DNA from: Octopus bimaculoides
Taxonomy: Eukaryota
Direction: 5' to 3'
DNA: 38,113 bases
Assembly (NCBI RefSeq): GCF_001194135.2
Contig: NC_068986.1
Coordinates: forward strand, 51,743,021-51,781,133
Each line of letters begins with the position of its first letter. The first letter of the stretch is position 1. The position numbers and the translations under genes are program-made. Of the stretch, positions 32,681 to 38,113 are shown one piece after another. The notes beneath the pieces are model-generated. The model was given only the letters and a program-made list of their open reading frames with translations, did not search any database and was not told the origin of the DNA.

Positions 32681-33540
32681 CTTATTTCTATTATATTGAC
32701 CATTGCAGTTGCAAGGTTTTTTTTTTGCATTGTATATATGTATACGTATATATATATATACATACATACATGCACATATATATATATATATANNNNNNNN
32801 NNNNNNNNNNNNNNNNNNNNNNNNNNNNNNNNNNNNNNNNNNNNNNNNNNNNNNNNNNNNNNNNNNNNNNNNNNNNNNNNNNNNNNNNNNNNNNNNNNNN
32901 NNNNNNNNNNNNNNNNNNNNNNNNNNNNNNNNNNNNNNNNNNNNNNNNNNNNNNNNNNNNNNNNNNNNNNNNNNNNNNNNNNNNNNNNNNNNNNNNNNNN
33001 NNNNNNNNNNNNNNNNNNNNNNNNNNNNNNNNNNNNNNNNNNNNNNNNNNNNNNNNNNNNNNNNNNNNNNNNNNNNNNNNNNNNNNNNNNNNNNNNNNNN
33101 NNNNNNNNNNNNNNNNNNNNNNNNNNNNNNNNNNNNNNNNNNNNNNNNNNNNNNNNNNNNNNNNNNNNNNNNNNNNNNNNNNNNNNNNNNNNNNNNNNNN
33201 NNNNNNNNNNNNNNNNNNNNNNNNNNNNNNNNNNNNNNNNNNNNNNNNNNNNNNNNNNNNNNNNNNNNNNNNNNNNNNNNNNNNNNNNNNNNNNNNNNNN
33301 NNNNNNNNNNNNNNNNNNNNNNNNNNNNNNNNNNNNNNNNNNNNNNNNNNNNNNNNNNNNNNNNNNNNNNNNNNNNNNNNNNNNNNNNNNNNNNNNNNNN
33401 NNNNNNNNNNNNNNNNNNNNNNNNNNNNNNNNNNNNNNNNNNNNNNNNNNNNNNNNNNNNNNNNNNNNNNNNNNNNNNNNNNNNNNNNNNNNNNNNNNNN
33501 NNNNNNNNNNNNNNNNNNNNNNNNNNNNNNNNNNNNNNNN

Positions 33541-33943
33541 TATATGCGTTTTGCTCCAGTTATTGTTATTATTCATATCTACTCAAAATGCACTGCTTTA
33601 ACTTGGTAATCATTTAATTTAAACCTTTTGTATAGCGTTTACAATCCCTCTCCCACTATAACTCTATGTAAACTAGCGTTCTTACTTCTAACGGTCACTT
33701 ACTTGGCCATATAATATTATAACTCGTAAGTTACCTTATCATTTCGCATTTGTCTTGCTTCTATATGTTGGTTCCCTGACAATGAATATATGTGGAATTC
33801 CAGCAGCTCTTACTTCTTTAGAGTAGAGTGCACATATATTTTGAAACATATGTAGGAATTAAAGGAACTTTCATTTATATGCGTTTTGCTCCAGTTATTG
33901 TTATTATTCATATCTACTCAAAATGCACTGCTTTAACTTGGTA
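33541..33943. repeat. Identical 68-bp direct repeat at 33541-33608 and 33876-33943
   Basis: tatatgcgttttgctccagttattgttattattcatatctactcaaaatgcactgctttaacttggta occurs twice; the first copy begins at a gap edge. Confidence 0.9.
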
Positions 33944-34071
33944 TCTCTGCCTATAAAACGGGTGTGATATCCTGTTTTTTTGTGTGATTTTTGCGACCCA
34001 TGGTAACTATTAACACATTTACATTGTCAAGGTTTTTTTAAACTGAGATAATATTAATACATACATAAACT

Positions 34072-34121
<50 letters not shown>

Positions 34122-34191
34122 TGNNNNNNNNNNNNNNNNNNNNNNNNNNNNNNNNNNNNNNNNNNNNNNNNNNNNNNNNNNNNNNNNNNNN

Positions 34192-34410
34192 NGGGGGGGG
34201 GGGTGAAAAGTTCCTGGCTTTGAGTAATGGAAAATGCAGAAAGATCAGTTAATTATGATTCTGTCCAATATATTTCCCTCTCAGATACACACACTTATTG
34301 CAGTGGTCCTTCAGTTTTTCTAAGTCCTGTAAAAGAACTGGGAAGGTTGGGCCTCCAACTAGGACTTTCATGATACCTTCAAAGTCACGAACTTTTCAGC
34401 ACCCCTTGTA
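34192..34410 (-). mobile_element. Mariner-derived MITE or deletion derivative
   Basis: Ends gggggtgaaaagttcctggc and gtcacgaacttttcagcaccccttg-TA. The minus-strand remnant FLQDLEKLKDHCNKCVYLRGKYI resembles a mariner transposase C-terminus. Confidence 0.7.
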
Positions 34411-34416
34411 TATATA

Positions 34417-34473
<57 letters not shown>

Positions 34474-35419
34474 TATGTATGCCATAATTAATTTATATAT
34501 TATGCACTTTATTGTACCTTGTTTTGCTTGTGATACCCTAGTCAGTAGTGAAATTGTCTTGCATGAAACCATTTTGTGATGTAAAAATGACAATGAGAAT
34601 GGTGAAGGTAATGGTAGTAGTGGTGGTGGTGGTCGTGATGATGATAGTGGTTGTAGTGAAAATGATATTATTGGTGGTGGTAGTGGTGGGAGTTTGAGGA
34701 TATTGATGATATTGATTGTTGTTGTTGTTGTTGTGGTGGTGGTGGTGGTGGTGCCGGTAATGGTAATAGTGATGGTTTTTAATGGAGAAACGAATATACT
34801 TAATTGCCTCTCTCTCAGTCTGTCTTTCCCTCTTTCTCTTGTGCACTCTTTCACTTTGCTGCTGTTTCTCTTTCTCTTATTTGCTTACACTTTCACTTTC
34901 TCTCCTTCTTTCTCTCTCTTTACTTTTCCCTCTCTTTCCTTTTTCAATATACTACACTGGTAGGGTACCTGGCCTTAAGGCTGTATGTGATCATCTAAAG
35001 GGCTAAGTGCAGTCTTCTGAACGAAGTCCAATGTTTAAGGCAAAAACCATTATACTGGAATATATTCTTATTGATTCAATTTTATTTAAAGCTGATCTTT
35101 TTGACAAACAGTGAATTCTAGAAACATTATCATCACAACCTCCTCTTCTTCCCTCCTCTCATCATCATCATCATCATTTAATGTTTGCTATTCAATGATG
35201 GTAAAATTTGTTGAGGCAAATTTCTTACAGCTGGATGCTCTTCCTGTCAACCACACTTACCTGGTTCTCAAGCAAGGTAATATTTTATTTCCCCATGTCT
35301 AGACATATTTTCCCAGATGAGTGGTGATAAGCAACCTCGCTTGTCTGACAATGAGGTTCATTTACAACTATCCCATGATGTCCAGACAGAAGTGCACACA
35401 CAGACACACATGATGTGCT

Positions 35420-36765
35420 TTTTTCAGTTTCAATCCATCAGATTCATTCACATAGCTTTGGTTGACTCAGGGCTATTGTAGAAGACACTTTCCCAAAATA
35501 CTATGCAGTGGATAGATGTGTTTGTGTATGATTGTGCCTCCTCATCTTGACATTATGTGATAATTGTAAAAAAAGTGTCATCATCATATGAGCAGTGTCA
35601 TTGATTTCTCATGTTCCATAAAAACATGCCATTTTACTTTTTGGGGGGGAAATGCAGTGGGACTGAACCTGAGACCACATAATTAGGAAGCAAGCTTCTT
35701 AACCACAAAGCCATGCCTGTGCTTTACAGTTCTTTATATTTCTTTTCCCTACATTTGTAAGTATTTGTTTAATGTAACTACACTTGTGTTTAAGACAGAG
35801 AAATATTCATTTACTCTATTATTCTTTTATTTATTTCATTTATTTGATTGTGGATATACTGGCGTATTTCTTTTAAAGAATTTTAGCCAAACAAATCAAC
35901 CTCAGTACTTATTTTTTAAACCTGATACTTATTCTATCATTCTCTTTTGCTGAACTGTTAAGTTATTTAGACATAAACACACCAAAACCAGTCATCAAGC
36001 ATTGTTGGGGGCAAACATGGACACACACACTCCCTCTCTCCCTCTCATGCACGCACACACTCACACACACACACACAAACAAACACAGAGTTACTACCAC
36101 ACACACACACACTCACACACGCTGCCACACACACACACATACTGACCTTCTTCACACTCTACTGTCCCAGAAACCACTTTTTCTTTCTCCTTCCACCTCT
36201 GGACGCTTCAGAAATGTAACTGCAGTGGATTGTTGGTGATCTTTCCTTATTTCTCTTTCTTTCTCTTCAGATTTTTCTATTTCCGATGAAGAGCTATGCT
36301 CAAAACTTTTACAACTCTCCTTTCACTGAGCTTCAAATTGATATTTTGCTTGTGCACATCCTCATGTTTGTTTTTGTTTCTTTACTTTCTCTGTCTTTTA
36401 ATTGTTTCTTCTTTGAATTGACTATATATATATATGTATATATATGTATGTATATATGTATATATATAATATATTAACATCATCATCACCGTTTAACATT
36501 TGTCTTCCATGCATACATGGGTAGAATGGTTGACAGGAACCGGCCAGGTAGAAAACTACCTTGGGCTAATGTGTCTGTTTTGGCAGGGGCTTTGTGGCTG
36601 GAGAATAGGTTTCTTTCAGTTTCTATCTACCAAATCCACTCACAAGGCTTTGGTTGGCCCGAGGTTATTGTAGAAGACACTTGCTCAAGTTACTATGTGG
36701 TACAACTGAACTCAGAACTGTGTGGTTAGGAAACAAACTTCTTAACGCAAAGCCATACCAGCATC
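35420..36765 (-). mobile_element. Cluster of old SINE family A fragments (about 35420-35515, 35650-35722, 35790-36030, 36610-36765)
   Basis: ttcagtttc.atc.a.ca.attca..ca.agctttggttg...tagaagacact...; gcagtgggactgaacctgagaccac; cctgatacttattctatc...gctgaactgttaagtta. CpG-depleted. Confidence 0.7.
36283..36309 (+). ncRNA. Degenerate hammerhead-like motif with a CCGAUGA core
   Basis: ttt-CCGATGA-A-GAGC(tat)GCTC-AAAAC-ttt. Same layout as the 30079-30111 motif; G12 is lost, consistent with CpG decay of GCTCGAAAC. Confidence 0.4.
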
Positions 36766-37554
36766 TGAAAAACTATGAATAAAGGAGACTAAAAGAAGGT
36801 TACAGTAGGGTTCCTATATTCCAAACTTTGCCTTTTTCACATTTTATTAGGGATTTTATGAAGAGTTACATTTTATTATATAATGTATATTCAACAAGTT
36901 TGATAGCAGTCAAGTTCAGTGCGAGTCTTCCAGCATAAAAGTGGTTCTCCTTATCTCTATCTCTCTTTATCTCAGTCTCTCTTTCTCTTCCTCTCGTGTT
37001 GCATATTTAATTTCCTTTTTGTTTTCTCTGTTATTCATTCTCAACCTCAGATTTTATCTCTACCTCTGACGATAAACCTAGCCCTTCTCTTTCTATATAT
37101 ATAGCTCACTATATCTTTATATCTCTATACCTCTTCCTCTCACTCTCTCTTTCAACATATCTGCATCATAATCTCTATATTAGCATTCTCTACATCTCTC
37201 TCTCTCTCTCTCATTTACTGCAAATCTAACTCTCTGAATATCATTCTTCCTATATCTCTATATCTCTCCATCGCTACATCTTACCACACACTTAACCCAT
37301 CTCTATATCTATATTTCCCATATGTCCCTATTTCCATCTCTTATCATATCTTCATCCCATTTTCTGTATCTTTTTCTGCATCTCTTTATATATCTATCTC
37401 TATATCTTACTGCATATCTAAACCGTCTCTTTCTTTTCTCTATATTTCTATATTGTCCTTTCTCTTTCCCTTGTCATATATTTAGCCTTCCCTCAGTATC
37501 TATAATTCTATATCCAGCTCTCTCTTTGTTTCCATTTCTCTCTCTCTTACTCTG

Positions 37555-37555
37555 C

Positions 37556-37615
<60 letters not shown>

Positions 37616-37638
37616 CTCTATATATATGTATGTATATG

Positions 37639-37670
<32 letters not shown>

Positions 37671-37692
37671 TATATGTATGTATGTATGTATA
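37555..37692. repeat. (TCTA)n and (TATG)n microsatellites
   Basis: Read directly from the sequence. Confidence 0.95.
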
Positions 37693-37891
37693 TCAGCACC
37701 CCACACCATCATTCACACACTCTCACATACACACACACATACGCACCTTCATTTTGGGATCACCAATACTTTATTAACTCTCCTTCTTCCTAGCTCTTCT
37801 GTTTGACTACCTTTGTCCAGCCAGTCGCCATGATTGGCCACTAACTCCAAAAGTTTTTTTTCTCTCTCTGTTTATTTCCATGTGTTCCTTT

Positions 37892-37923
37892 CTGTTGAAG
37901 AGCCTAGGCTCAAAATGTAAAAG
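37892..37923 (+). ncRNA. Degenerate hammerhead-like motif with a CUGUUGA core
   Basis: cttt-CTGTTGA-A-GAGCC(ta)GGCTC-AAAA-TG-TA-aaag. Stem I cttt/aaag pairs, and AAAATGTA is consistent with CpG decay of GAAACGTA. Confidence 0.4.
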
Positions 37924-38113
37924 ACTTTCTCACCTTCTTGAGCATGAAACTAATACACCTGCTTGTTGGTTATACACCAGTCTTCATCTTTTGTTTTTCT
38001 GTAAACTTCGACCACATATATATATGTATGTGTATATATACATATACATGTGTGTGTGTGTGTGTGTGTGTGTTTGTTTGAGTATATACATATGTTGTAT
38101 ATATATATGTATG

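Noticed and set aside
1731-33617. Long ORFs in the track that span N runs (e.g. 1731-2439, 16314-17173, 18327-19410, 22318-22833, 32596-33617)
   Set aside because: Their length comes from untranslatable Ns and flanking microsatellites; there is no coding evidence.
33541-33943. 68-bp identical direct repeat as an LTR or TSD
   Set aside because: The first copy starts exactly at a gap edge, there are no TG...CA ends or PBS/PPT, and a scaffolding or gap-fill artefact or a local duplication is more likely.
4215-37777. ORFs rich in YI/VC/HT/LS/MYVC repeats or poly-L/F/T/V
   Set aside because: These are translations of (TA), (TG), (TATG), (TCTA), (GA) and trinucleotide microsatellites.

Overview
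AT-rich, repeat-dominated eukaryotic DNA from a gapped draft assembly, with many N runs beside microsatellites. The SINE and MITE repertoire resembles that of octopod cephalopods; this is an inference from recalled sequence, not a database hit. No intact host gene could be identified. Supported content: three tRNA-derived SINE families, one forming head-truncated tandem multimers; an internally deleted mariner; a roughly full-length but dead Tigger/pogo element; a decayed Tx1/L1-clade LINE; an RTE-clade LINE 3' fragment; and several MITEs. Two fold-back MITE families are built around TTAGGG arrays in opposite polarity. The most notable observations are: (1) five hammerhead-ribozyme-like motifs of the Penelope minimal type, some with shared non-canonical core bases; (2) a 103-codon unidentified open frame running off the left edge inside the arm of a telomere-repeat MITE family; (3) a switch from CpG-retaining to CpG-depleted copies of the same SINEs near 29 kb, suggesting a methylation-domain boundary. 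All alignments and translations were done by eye, so element boundaries are approximate unless TSD/TIR positions are quoted.
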